From Squalus acanthias (Eukaryota), in assembly GCA_030390025.1 (NCBI GenBank), contig CM059430.1, positions 61,938,001 to 62,002,000 of the forward strand: a DNA stretch of 64,000 bases. The letters are read 5' to 3'. The notes under the pieces are model-generated. The model did no database searches. It had not been told where the DNA came from and saw only the letters and a program-made list of their open reading frames with translations. Every line of letters begins with the position of its first letter. Positions within the stretch are counted from its first letter, which is position 1. The position numbers and the translations under genes are program-made. Shown here one piece after another: positions 50,307-62,894 of the stretch.

Positions 50307-50745
50307 TGGGCAACACGGTGGCATAGTGGTTAGCACTGGTGCCTCACAGCGCCAGAGACCCGGGTTCGAATCTGGCCTCGGGTGACTGTCTGTGTGGAGT
50401 TTGCACATTCTCCCCGTGTCTGCGTGGGTTTTCTCCGGGTGCTCCGGTTTCCTCCCACAGTCCAAAAATGTGCGGGTTAGGTTGATTTGGCTATGATAAA
50501 TCGACCCTTAGTGTTAGGGGGGGATTAAATATGTGGCGTTACGGGGATAGGATAGGAAGGGATATGTTAGGGGGAATTAAATACGTGGGGTTACGGGGAT
50601 AGGGTGGGATATGTGTCGGTGCAGGCTCGATGGGGATTCTGTGTGATAAAGCAGGGACAGGGTACTGGATTTGGATTATCAGCCATGATCGTATTGAATG
50701 GTGGAGCAGGCTCGAATGGCCTACTCCTGCTCTATGTTTCTATGT
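50307..50745 (+). mobile_element. HE1-type V-SINE (tRNA head, V domain, CR1-like tail) in intron 1
   Basis: A box tggcatagtgg, B box ggttcgaatc, V core tgtgtggagtttgcacattctccccgtgtctgcgtgggtt, and 3' tail gaatggcctactcctgctctatgtttctatg. Confidence 0.9.
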
Positions 50746-50840
50746 TAATACAGACGGAGTAACTATATTTCATTCATTTTGTGTGGTATCTACTTCAGAT
50801 TTTTTTATTGCGACGGTTGGGATAGAGAATAATCAGGTAC

Positions 50841-50901
50841 CTGTGTAAATGATCCCCGGGAGAGACAGGAACAGCAAAAGAAACCACACACTCGACAACA
50901 T
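50841..50901 (-). CDS. Exon 1: signal peptide MLSSVWFLLLFLSLPGIIYT
   Basis: Hydrophobic 20-aa leader; phase-1 donor ACAG|GTACCT. Confidence 0.9.
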
Positions 50902-52052
50902 TCCGAGCAAAAGATTCAAAGGATCACTGAATGCACAGACCGTGTGTTTGCCACTGAAAGAAGGGATTGCTGATTGTTTAATCTGAAATGCGCCACAGTG
51001 ACGTTTGACATCCTGTGACTGTTGGTTCACAAAATAGCTTTCGTTTGTGAAGTGAAATTTGATGACGGTTCTGCTCTTCGGCAGCCATCACGGTCAACAA
51101 AGAATTAGAATAAAATACTGTCCACATTTAAAATGGAGAATATACCATCAATCGCTGAGCCAGTATTGGTTTCTCTTAGATTAAGATGTGGAATGTGCAC
51201 ATTCCTTGTAGAGAATCTCCTGAGGCAAATATTCTTACACTTCCCTTCGGTTGTACGCTACTGTTAACGTCACACAATATACTAGATATGTAAAATCTGA
51301 ACAAACTGGGAGCATTTATCGATTGTTTTAATTAGTTCTTAAATAACACTTGCAATATTTTATGAGAAAGGCTGAAGGTAAGAAAATAGCTGATTAAGCC
51401 AGCAATTGTCTGTATGGAGAATGTTCTATTATAATTTCACACATCGCTGCACATTCCACGGGATACTGGGACGTGTTATTCATTGTGACGTGTTATATCT
51501 CGGGAAACCTGATGTTATTTCGAACATAGTGACCTGAACCTGAACAGTCAGTCATAACGTTGGGGTTTATTTATACGTTATAATAACCATGTTGAACATT
51601 TAGGAAATAGGGATTTGAAGATCCTATTAGCGAGGTGCCGATATGTGCTTCGGGCCAGGGTATCTTTGCAAATACAATTTCCTGCTTTCAGCGGGTCCGA
51701 ACTAAAATAATTGGGGGGAGCAATTCGTTATTGCCCCTTTTTGGGCGCTAATTTTTGAAATCGTGAAAAATTTGCGCCAGGCGCTAATGATTTTGAGATT
51801 CCCCTAAGTTGGCTTTTAGCGCTGTAGGAAAGAAGTGGAGTGCCAAATCAAGTTCCAATAACCTCAGTAGGGCGCTACAGGGGCTCTACCAGCAGATCCA
51901 TAATGAATTTCAGGTGCAGTACAATCGGGAATGATAGGTCACACTGGCTCCTTCCAGCCCTGAAAGGGGCGGTTGCATCATTGTGCAGATCCTCATTATC
52001 AGCATTGCTGGTTGAGAGGGCGAACTTCAAGCAAATCAATCCGCTGATCCTG

Positions 52053-54215
52053 ATGGCTGATCCCACTCCCAAGAAGAGAGCTCATCACGTCGCGGACGAG
52101 GCATTGGAAGCATTGGTCGTGGGAGTGGAGCAAAGGAGGGCAATGCTTTTCCCGAACACTGGAAGGAAGCCATTGTCCCAGGTCTTCAGGGCAATGTGAA
52201 GGGAAGTGGCCCGGGTGGTCTCGGCCAGTAGTGTGGTCATTCCCAGCCTGACACAGTGCCGGAAGAAATTCAACGACCTAACTCGGGTGGTCAAGGTGAG
52301 TAGATGCTTCAAAAGGTCCTACATGCCAGCATCTCAACCTCAGTCTGTACACACTGCACAACACAAACCTCCACATCCTCACCACTCACCCACCAAGAAT
52401 CTGAACCTACTTAAACTCACATCCACATCTCATGCCTTGTCTACAATCACAGCTATTCAATTACGACAGTCATATCTACCAAACACGTAGCTGGACTCTG
52501 ACTCACACACATTCGTTTATCTTGCAGGCCAAGATGGTCCACAATAGGAGGGAGTGCCAGAGACCGGCATGGGTGCTGCGCAGCTGCAGCAGCTTTCCGA
52601 CGTGAAGGAGCGAGTGCTGCCACTCAATGGGCAGCAGGTGGTGGGCTCCGTGGCCTTCAGCAACATCAAACGCCTTGGGGGCAACAACCGTATGTTCTTA
52701 CCCTCTCCTTGTCTCAACCTACTTCTCACTTACAGCACAAGCCTTTCCCACTTTCCACCTGCTGAAACTGTTTGCATTCCTTGTTGCCTTCCTGCCCCCC
52801 TGCCCTCACCTTAAAGCGAGTATTGCGCCTTTCTGCTTTCAGTTAATCAGCAACCAGATGGCCAGCCTGTCCCCGAGCCTTCCACTGAGAGTGAGGATGG
52901 AGAAGAGGAGGAGGAGTAAACATAAGAACATAAGAAATAGGAGCAGGAGTAGGCCATTCGACCCTTCGAGCCTGCTCCGCCGTTCAATGAGATCATGGCT
53001 GATTTTCTGCCTCAACTCCATTCACCGGCCCTATCGCCATATCCCTTGATGCCCTTACTAGTCAGAAATCTATCGACTTCTGTTTTGAATATGGCCAATG
53101 ACTGAGCCTCCACAGCCCTCTGGGTTAGAGAATTCCAAAGATTCCCCACCCACTGTGTGAAGAAATTTCTTCTCATCTCAGTCCTGAATGGCCTTCCCTT
53201 TATCCTGAGGCTGTGGCCCCTGGTTCTAGACTCCCCAGCCAAGGGAAACATTCTCCCAGCATCCAGCAGCGCATCACAGCATCTCTCAGCCGCAGGCAGC
53301 AAATTAGATACTGGAACTACGCGATCTTTAGAGGCAGGTTTAGTAGAGGGGTCTGCACTGGGTGATGCACTGGGGACGAGCGGGCTGCAGCCAGGCCAGA
53401 TGAAAAGGATAGCTTGGGAGCCATCTCCCCAGAGGACGAGTTCGCGAGTGAGTTCTGCTGTGCAGGACTCAGGTGAGGACATCGATGGGGAAGCGTTCAC
53501 AAGAAGGGTGATGGGCATGCACACCGAGATGATGGGTGCAATGGCAAGGATGACGAGAGGGTGTCGGCAACGGTTAGGAGAGTGTAGGCGTCCGCCTCCA
53601 ACATTGCACAGAGCTCTGCGCACACCATGGAGCCCATCATTGGCAGTCTGCAAAGGACGGTAGGAGTACCTGAGAGACCATGGGGACCCAGACGTCATGC
53701 CGCGTGTCATGGGCGATGTGGCAGCATCCATTGCAGCTCAGCCAAAAGGCATGCAATGTCGTATTGCTGTAATGCAGTCAATGGTTGATGCCATCGATTC
53801 TCAGACTGCTCTCATGCAGTCTGACTGCTGCTAACATCACTGGGTCCACCTCAGTCCACCGGGGATTTCACGGTGTCGCAGCTGCACAGTTATTTTTGTT
53901 GCAGCAAATTGGTAGGGATGCTGAGGTGCTGCCCTGGGGGTGTGTCAGTGGAGCCGCAACCTGCTGCCCTCTCTCAGGATGGCAGCCTTCCTGCTCCCAT
54001 CATTGTGAGTCTGCCATTGCCCTTGCTGCTGCCTGTCATCCAGCCAGGCTGGTCTGGCGCCGCCCATCCTGAGGTGGTGCAGTGTACAGCTGGTCCTTCC
54101 AGGCCCAGAGCTGGTCGAGGGCGTCCTGCAAGTCTCTGGCACCAACACTCAGCAGCCTTCCACCAGCCCTGCTGCAGCCACTGGGGAGACACTACGTAGG
54201 AGCAGCAGATTAGTG
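52053..54215 (+). pseudogene. Harbinger Myb/SANT-like gene (exons 52053-52295, 52528-52689, 52843-~54215)
   Basis: MADPTPKKRAHHVADEALEALV..RAM*REVA..TQCRKKFNDL; GT/AG introns; premature TGA at 52197 and a CR1 insertion in exon 3. Confidence 0.8.
52918..53265 (-). mobile_element. CR1 3' fragment nested in Harbinger 2
   Basis: FRTEMRRNFFTQ..WNSL motif and (cttatgtt)n tail. Confidence 0.9.
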
Positions 54216-54399
54216 AAAGGCACTGTGAAGAGGGCAAATAAGGGTTTGCCAAGGGTCTTTAGTTAATATTGTTGTTGTATATATGTGGTTATTGATTTTG
54301 GAGATGGTACTGTGTCTAATTTCAACTTTGGGGTGTGGTGTGGGATGAAAAATTGATGGAATCATGGGAATTGGATGAGCAACTGGGAAGTGGCCTCGA

Positions 54400-55550
54400 A
54401 TTCATTGGAACTGAAGTCACGGATCGCCCTTAGATAAGGCTGATGGATTGGCTGGCTCCTCCATAGCTGCTGTTCGTGCTCCTCCTTCCCCTCGACCTCC
54501 TCCTCCTCCTCATCCCTCTCCTCCTCGTCTCCCTCTTCCTCTTCCTGAGGTGCTGCGGCAATGCCTGGTGGTAATGGCTGCGCCCTCATGATGGCCAATT
54601 TGTGCAGCATGCACCAGACGACGAAGAAAAGGGACACCCATTCAGCCGAGTATTGGAGGGCTCCTCCCGAGCGGGGAAGGCAGCAGAACCATTGCTTGAG
54701 CACTCCGATGGTTTGCTCAATTATGTTCCTGGTGGCAGCATGGTTCACTGTATGAGTAATGGGCACGAGTGTTGGGGTTGCGGTGGGGAGTCATGAGCCA
54801 GGTGGAGAGCGGATAGCCCTTGTTTCCCAGCAGCCATCCGTAAACTTGATATGATGTCTGGAACAGAGCAGGCATAGTATGAAGGCATCGTGGCTGCTGC
54901 CAGGATAGTGGGATTTATGGCGATTATGCGCTGTGTGTGGTCACACAACAACTGCACATTAAGTGAGTGGTAGCCTTTACGGTTACGGAATACCTCAGGA
55001 TTGTTATGAGGTGCCCGCAAAGCGATGTGGGTGCAGTCAATGGTGCTCTACACCATGGGGAAGTCCGCTATCCTGGCAAAGCCACATGAATGCTAATGCT
55101 GCTTCTCTCTGGTCATGGGGAAGGAAATGTAATCCCTTCTCCTTCTGTAGAGAGAGTCTCTGACCTCGCAGATGCAGCAATGGACGGCAAACTGCGCTAT
55201 GTTAGATATGTCTCCTGTTGTACACTGGAATGATCTGCTGCTGTAGAAATTGAGGGCCACGGTCACCTTGACTGCCACTGAGGGAGCCGTGGTGGTCCTG
55301 AAGTGAGGCTCGAGGTCTCGCTGCAGGAAGTGACAGAGATCTGTGACCAGGTCCTTGGTGAAGCGGAGTCATTTAAGACACTGCTCCTCAGTGAGAATGA
55401 TGTAGGAGAAATGCTGGGAGGGTAAGTCTTCCTGTTTAGAGCCCTGTTGGCCCTCCTCCCTCTGGCCACATGTTGCAATCATTCTCTCTGGCTCCGCGGC
55501 CGCCTACATTGACGCTTGCGGGCGAGGTCCAGTGCCAGAACAGCCTCCAT
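54400..55550 (-). pseudogene. Harbinger DDE transposase, frameshifted
   Basis: AVKVTVALNFY, NRKGYHSLNVQLLCD, TRNIIEQTIGVLKQWF, and an acidic tail. Confidence 0.9.
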
Positions 55551-56254
55551 TAAATGATGCAAATGTTGCAATTTTAAATCTCACCGAAATGGAAGTGATA
55601 ACGTTTTTTTGAGGCAGAAGACGCCTTCAAGTGGAAAACGCTGAAATCGCTCAAAACGCCTGTTTGCCTATGTCAAACTGACAAGGCAGCATGCTTTGGC
55701 GACTAAAAAAACCCTGATGTTGACGCCTTTATATAGGCTCCTCCAGCGCTCAGTGGACTGCGTCCCGCCTCTTTACCTGTCCTTGCTAACGGCAGGCGAT
55801 CAGGCAGGGGGCGAGCGTGAATTTCAGAGCTGGAATGCTACCGGGGCGCTACCGGGGCGCTGCGCGCCAGGATGACGTTACGAACTCAGCGCACAGGAGA
55901 TCGTGACGGTATTGGCTATCGCCGCTGTAAACCTTCAACTCAATTTGGCGGGCGTCGGTACTATCGCCGCACACGTTTGCGCCCCATTAGTGCCCTCCGG
56001 AGGCGCTAACGCGAGGCACTAAGGCAACGAATTTCTCCCAATTGAGGCCAAATAGTGGAAGCCATGATTAAACCGTGCAAATTGGTTTGATAGCGGATTA
56101 GCAAGATAAAAAAGTGCATCTAATGAGCTTCCAGATCAAGAGCTTAATCGGCAAAAATATGTTAAGAAAAGTGAACGGTAATCTTCTCATTCGAGTGCAT
56201 GGAAGGTTTCACCGTGATTTGAAGGGTATTCTGAAGTGCCCTAATGTTGCACGT

Positions 56255-57038
56255 GTCTACGAACGCCGCACTTAAAAATGTAGGTAAGGCTTTTTGCGAT
56301 ACGTCACACACAATGGCCCAGAAATTAAAGACGGAGCGTTCCTGCGGGGGTAAGGCTGCCCCGCCATATCTCACTGCGCGCCTACCTTTTCCCTCCGAGC
56401 TCACACGAACTTTAGTTTCAAGGCTGCAGCTGTGCAGTGTGTGCATATCCCAGAGACGGAGTTAGTTCGTGCGAGCTCTGGGATCACGTGATTCAGTTAG
56501 AGCCAATGGCAGCACACCATCTTAGCAAGGGCTGTCAAAGCTATGAATCTATACCCCCCGAAAAGAACAGCTAAACCTCAATTAAATTTAAAAAAACGCC
56601 ATCACATTAATAAAATAAGTATAGTTAAATAAATTAACCACTTTAAACAAAAAATTAAATTTTAGAAAAAATTTAAAATCTTTTTAAAAGTTATAAAAAT
56701 AAACTTACCTTTCTTTAAAGTCTCTAAAAAAGATAAACCTGTTGAAAATTTTTTAAAATAATACTTAATTAACTACTTACCTTGTTAAAAGAGGGTCTTA
56801 CGCCTCCTTTCTTTATGTGCAAAATCTTCCATACTTACCTGCGCGTTCAAAGCACTAAGTGCACTGCGTGCGCGCAGCCTGTAGCGCTTGCGGTTCACTT
56901 AGGAACCGCCCCCTTTTGAGTTCACGAAGTGCCGGTTTCCCGCGCATACGCAGTGCATGCTGGAAACCGGCAATTGGAGACCTAAAACGCAAGAGTACAC
57001 AGTGCGTACTCTCGCGTATTAGGTCTAATTTTCGGGCC
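56255..57038. mobile_element. MITE family M, copy 2 (same orientation as copy 1)
   Basis: TIRs ggcccagaaatta / taattttcgggcc; collinear with 11029-11772. Confidence 0.88.
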
Positions 57039-57572
57039 ATGCCGATTGATTTAAAAAGTCACTCACTCTTCAGTTTATCGGATGGATTTGGTCAAGTATG
57101 GAGAGTAGCGAATGCCGCAATCAAAATGAGAACCCCCCATCGGATCCAGCAACAAGAACAATCTGTACTTTATAGCGCCTTTAATATGGAAGAAAACGTC
57201 CCAAGAGTCTTCACAAAATCGGAAAAAATGGAGGTTGAACAAAAGAAAGAGACACTACCAGGTGCGACCTAAATCTTGGCCAAAGAAGTGGGAATCAGTC
57301 ACCCTTTAAAGTCATACATTCCGTCGTAATTTTTCTGTTTTTCCAACAGAAATTCCTGCACCCACATTTATACTGCAAACTGCACTGCCGAGGCAAACTT
57401 GTCAAGCTCTAATTACACCTTCCTGCTAATCATGACGCAGTAGTGCCTTTACTGGTGACAAGGTGTGCCGACATGTGACAAGTTTATATTGGCAATTTCC
57501 ATTAATCACGTGGAGGTATAAATTTATAATAGTTGACGGTAACATGAAATGAGCAACGCTAATAGATTTATT

Positions 57573-58315
57573 AGCCCAAAAATTAGTGCCTCTACGCGAG
57601 AGTACGCACTGTGTACTCTCGCGTATTCTATCTCCAATTGCCGGTTTTCTGCATGCACTGCGCATGCGCTGAAAACCGGCACTTGGTGATTTCAAAAGGG
57701 GGCGGTTCCTAAGTGAACCGCGTGCGCGCTTCAAGCTGCGCGCACGCAGTGCACTTAGTGCTTTGAACGCGCAGGGAAGCATGGAAGATTTTGCACATAA
57801 AGAAAGGAGGCGTAAGATCCTCTTTTAACTAGGTAAGTAGTTAATTAAGTATTATTTTGAATTTTTTTCAACAGGTATATCTTTTTTAGAGACTTTAAAG
57901 AAAGGTAAGTTTATTTTTATAACTTTTTAAAAGATTTTAATTTTTTTCAAAAATTTTATTTTTTGTTTAAAGTGGTTAATTTATTTAACTATACTTATTT
58001 TATTAATGTGATGGTTTTTTAAAAAATTTAATTGAGGTTTAGCTGTTCTTTTGGGGGGGTATAGATTCATAGCTTTCACAGCACTTGAATTGAAAACTAT
58101 GAATGAAAGATGGTGTGCTGCCATTGGCTCTAACTGAATCACGTGATCCCGCAGCTCGCACGAATTAACTGCGCCTGTGGGATACGCAAGCACTGCCCAG
58201 CTGCTGTCTCGAAAATCAAGTTCGTGCGAGCTGGGACTGAAAAAGCCAGCGCGCAGTGAGATATCGCGGGGAAGCCTTACCCCCGCACGAAGGCTCCCTC
58301 ACTAATTTTTGAGCC
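57573..58315. mobile_element. MITE family M, copy 3 (inverted)
   Basis: Reverse complement of copy 2; ATT on both flanks. Confidence 0.88.
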
Positions 58316-58631
58316 ATTACTTTGTTCTCCCACTGAATCCTGTCAGCATTCGGGCCAGTCACAGGATCAGGACGCACGCGGAAATGGACAAAGATATGAT
58401 GTACATGATTGGTGTCGCAGTATTTCGCAGTATATTTTGGGGTGGAGTAGGTTAAGCTTGGGTCAAATGGTCGGGTAGCACCAGATGGGAAGTCCCAAGG
58501 CTCTTGCCGAATACAAGAACAGGAAAATTGTCCCTTTTAATTTATTTTAATGTAACTTGAACTCCCGTTCTCGTCATTTTATTAGTAGGATAAATAAAGT
58601 CCAGCAACAGATACTGCTGAAAATGTCCACA

Positions 58632-58912
58632 GAATGAGCATCCCTGATTATAATCGCTCAACCATTGGTGGCCGTGCCTTCTGTTGCCTAGGCCCTAAGC
58701 TCTGGAGTTCCCTGCCAAAACCCGTCCGCCTCTCTACATCTCTTTCCTCCTTTAAGACGCTCCTTAAAACCAACCTCTTTGAACAAGCTTTTGGTCACCT
58801 GCGCTAATTTCACCTCGGTGTTAAATGATTTTGTCTTATATTACTCCTGTGAAGCACCTTAGGACGTTTTACTACGTTAAAGGCGCTATATAAGTACAAA
58901 TTGTTGTTGTTG
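58632..58912 (+). mobile_element. L2 LINE 3' end
   Basis: Homologous to 37055-37312; (gtt)n tail. Confidence 0.85.
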
Positions 58913-59399
58913 TAGCGCATCGTATCATAAGTCACTGGCTCTGCTTATATTATGTACGTCTGCATCAACCATTTTTTTAAAATTAAGATAAAATATAGTC
59001 AATCTCCCATAGTGCTGCACAAGGCGAGTCAAACTGGAGTGTAGTCATCAGATGTAGCAGGGTTAGAGGATGGGTGATATTTCGACTAGTCCATCCATAT
59101 CTATCTCGATAGCAATTTAAAGTCATATAGATTCTGTCCTGTGAATTTATTTTATAATGAACATTTCCCGTCTTAAACCCGTTAGGCTGCAATTACGCCC
59201 TCCTGCCAATGACGGCGCTGCAAGGTGTTTTTCTCCACAGATGCTGCCTGACCAGCTGAGTATTTCCAAAATGTTCTGCTTTTATTTCAGATTTCCCGTA
59301 TCCGCTGTATTTTGCTTTTTTAACGGTAAGCAATTACCCTGTTATGAGACCCTGGAAAAGAAAGAGTAGTTTGATGAGTCTGAAATTAAAAACAGCGAG

Positions 59400-62300
59400 A
59401 ATATCGAAAGGAGAATGAAATTCGGACACTGTGTTCTAATTTTGTATCAATGGAAAGGACTATATAAAATATAAGTGTTGCATCCCAAACAAATCTTTAT
59501 TGTTTCTGTGAATTAAAGGGAAGAGAGCGTTAATGTTACAATGTTAATATTCTGATCCAAGCAGTGTAATTCAACCCCATAGTTGCAGAAACGGAAGTGG
59601 ACTAAAGAGACGCTTATAGCACAAAAGGAGGGCATTTGGTCCATTGCTGGCATAATGATAGAGCAAACCCAAAACTAATTCAATATCCTTTCGCTTCCTG
59701 TAACCCCTTATCTTCTTCTCCTTCGAATACTTATTAACGTTTATCTTAAAATCAGATTATGATTTTCACTGTTATTCGGTGTTGTTGAAGGAGCAGAAGT
59801 ACGTTTTAATACATTTATTTGATCTACCAATTGCAAGCACATTTTACACCATGAACGAAACCAATTAAAAGGAAGGACTGTTACGAAATCATATTTTAAC
59901 AAGAAAGAACTGAATTTTGGCATATGTTTGTACAATAAATATTAGGTTCCTGAAGTTCTTTAGAATAAACGTCCACATTGTGGGATTCAATGATTACAAA
60001 GAAAATGTGAATCAGCCTTGTTTCCTGTATGCTTTATTTATACAAAGCATCGCAGGTGGACGTAAAAGATTCCATGACATTATTTCGAAGAAGAGCAGGG
60101 TAATTATTCCCGTGTACCAGCCAATATTTATCCCTCAATCAACATCACCAAAACAGATTATCTGGTCATTATAACATTGCTGTTTGAGGGAGCCTGCAGT
60201 GAGCAAATTGGCTGCCGCGTTTCCTACATTACAACCGTGACTACACTTCAAAAAGTACTTCATTGGCTGTAAAGCGCTTCGGGACGTCCTGAGGTCGTGA
60301 AAGGCGATATATAAATGCAAGTCGTTCTTTTCCTTATTGAACTATCTGCTGAATTGGAGGCATTGCTGGAAATGGAGAAGGGAAGCTAGATTTTTACATG
60401 AAGGGAGGAACAGATTGCAATACATCCTCAGCCTGGGTTCAAGTTTCTCCGACCACTTGAATTAAAGACTTGCTTCCAATGGTACCTTGTTATAAAACGT
60501 CTGGGAATCCTTTGTAAATGAGAACTTAGTTCTAGTTTCTATCTTAGACAGCTGCAATCATGAGAACTGTAGTAGGGATTCCCTGCTTGTCTTTGGGTAG
60601 GGAGAGGAATGCAACACAGAAGGAAGAGGATTGCCAACGTAGAGAATGGCGCAACTGGGTCCATTGTTTTTCTTGCTGTGACAGTCCACATCTAATGAAG
60701 ACAAAGGGGTGTGGAGCAACTCTGTAGAGCAATGTTGCTGAGATTTACGATAAGCTTTGTAAAGACATGGACCGTTTAAGGACTAAAACAATGAAGCATG
60801 TGCCTTAAAACTGGCACTGAAATTATGAGGAATATTTGGCACATATTTAAATTAAATGTGGGAAAAAGGTAGAACAATCAACATTTTATTTAAAAAAAAG
60901 CAAATACTGCAGATGCTGGAAATTTTAAATAAAAACGGAACATGCTGGAAATACTGAGCAGGTCAGGCAGCATCTGTCGGCTGTTTGAAATATCTGTCCA
61001 ATTAGTCCCCCTCCCCTGCTCTTTCCCCGTAGTTCTGCAATTGTTCTCTTATTTAATTAGTAAATACATAAATACTTGTGTGTATGTGTGTTTGTGTTTA
61101 TATGAACAGAATCATAGGCAATGTGTTCTTAAAGTAGAATCTGTGCCTTACTCCTATAATGTTATAAAGTGAAATACTTGCACCCTAACTGTTGTCTTCC
61201 ATTCAACCCTTGTTTTGGTGATCAACTGCTGAATACAGGCGGCCTGTGAACAGGCGACTTATCTGGAAGTACCTCCATAGTTATGTTCCAGATAAATCAC
61301 TCTTGTCTGCATCGTAAACAGGATCAATCCCGTCTACTTCCTCATCCTTTTCCCACAAATCAGAATATTGTCCAATTCATCACACTTGTTGCGCTTTTTA
61401 ACTATAGTTTCAATTAGGGACCTGTCTCCTGCCCAGTGTCCTTTTGCTCAGATGGTTAGGGGACGTGTCATGATGATCCTGAGGAGAACTACGCAAAATC
61501 TCCTCCATGATCGCCTCCCACCTGCAGTTCGAAGATGCAACACACTGTAACAAGGAATAACATTAATTAGCCGCATTCCTCTTTAAATAATTAAAATTAT
61601 GGGGAAATTCAGTTTAAAAATTCTTCACTTTAGCTAAATTCTGTATACGTTTTAACTAACTGGCCGGAATTACATTTCGGGATCCCGCATGACCAGCGGA
61701 ACAGAGTCGGAGTACATGGAGACATTTCGTGGAAGGAATCTGATCAATTTCACTGTAGTAGAAGTGTAGGCGAAAAAAAACAAAGCGCCAGTATTTAGAA
61801 GTACACACCTGCAGTTTGATCTAGATTTTATAAAATGTCGATAAATATAAAGAATGGATCAGATATAGCGTCTTCAGGCGAAGCCATTGTACATTCTAGA
61901 TGTTAAGAAATGTTGCAGGGCAAATATGACGTTTAGTTGCGGTTGAACGTGACAATTACGGGTATGCGGCGCTTTTGCAAAGAACAGAGCTAAATTTAAT
62001 ACTTGAACTGCTGCTGTGTAGAGGTGAATTGCTGAGCCACATTCTTCATTTAGCTGGAGAAAGTGATGCGCTCGTCTCACTATTTCCGAACATGTTTAAG
62101 TACGGCAAAAACCACACGGCCAAAAGCTACGCTATTTCCTTACATTTTATCAGACTACGTGATAAGTCGAACATGCAGGCATTTCACGCTGCTATATCTG
62201 AAATGCTTATTATTCCAGTATCGGGTTATTAAATTAATCCTTACCCCAATTATATATTCTCCAATTTGGAAACAGTTGGTCGGTAACCAAAGGACACAGA

Positions 62301-62892
62301 CTTAAAATAATTGGAAAAGGACTGGAAGGTAATTTAGGAGAATTGTTTTCATACAGAGGTTTGTAAGATCTGGAATACACTACCGCGAAGACTGTTGGAA
62401 GCAGATTCCATATTAACTTTCAAAAGGCAATTGGAGATGTAGTTGAAGAAGACTAATTTGCAGGGTTATGAGGAAAAAGCTGGGGTGCGGGAGTAAATTG
62501 GACAGCTCTTTCAAAGAGCCGGTACAGGCCGAATGGCCTCCTTCTGATCTTAAGATTCTATGATTCTACGATTCTATGATTATTATTAGATGTGGAAATT
62601 GAATGTAAAATATAACACAATTACAAGTAAAGAGCTCCTGAAAACTTACTGCATTTTTTTCGGACTGTGTCACAGCATAACATTTGGTATTGCAAGTATG
62701 AGCATTCTTGAAAATGGCTGCAGTCATCCAACCCAGAGAGTGAGCTAAACTATTCTGTTCACCTTATCACGTTTACATTCAGGGTAAAATTGCGCATTCA
62801 AACGCCACAAGGGGAATACGAGGCAATCAGTTCAGAGTTCGCTTTCAGTCTAGCGGACGCATTTATACGTCCGAAATCATAGCTGAATTATA
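59400..62892 (-). repeat. Right arm of the inverted segmental duplication
   Basis: Its reverse complement is collinear with the non-TE parts of 5785-14925. Segment 59940-60665 is missing from the left arm. Confidence 0.92.
60055..60330 (+). mobile_element. SacSINE1-like SINE, 3' half
   Basis: Reverse complement of 40953-41230. Confidence 0.8.
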
Positions 62893-62894
62893 TA

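Larger units (their letters stand above)
44463..50901 (-). pseudogene. Non-rearranging VJ-C1-TM immunoglobulin-superfamily receptor gene (SIRP/PRARP/VJC1-like architecture), frameshifted as given
   Basis: Four phase-1 exons with canonical GT/AG sites encode leader, V, C1 and TM. The C1 exon is 311 nt, not a multiple of 3. The putative tail exon is decayed. Confidence 0.8.
51713..56040. mobile_element. PIF/Harbinger DNA transposon 2, full length (Myb gene +, transposase -)
   Basis: TIRs gggagcaattcg / cgaatttctccc with a probable ATT TSD. A CR1 3' fragment is inserted at 52918-53265. Confidence 0.92.

Noticed and set aside
50307-50385. tRNA-like sequence with A and B boxes
   Set aside because: It continues into a V-SINE core and LINE tail, so it is a SINE head, not a tRNA gene.
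50994-51045. CACAGTG heptamer upstream of the leader exon as a possible RSS
   Set aside because: No ACAAAAACC-like nonamer at 12- or 23-nt spacing, it is not adjacent to the V exon, and the V already contains its J-like strand.
53012-53731. 239-aa minus-strand ORF
   Set aside because: A chance fusion of antisense Harbinger Myb-gene sequence with an inserted CR1 3' fragment.
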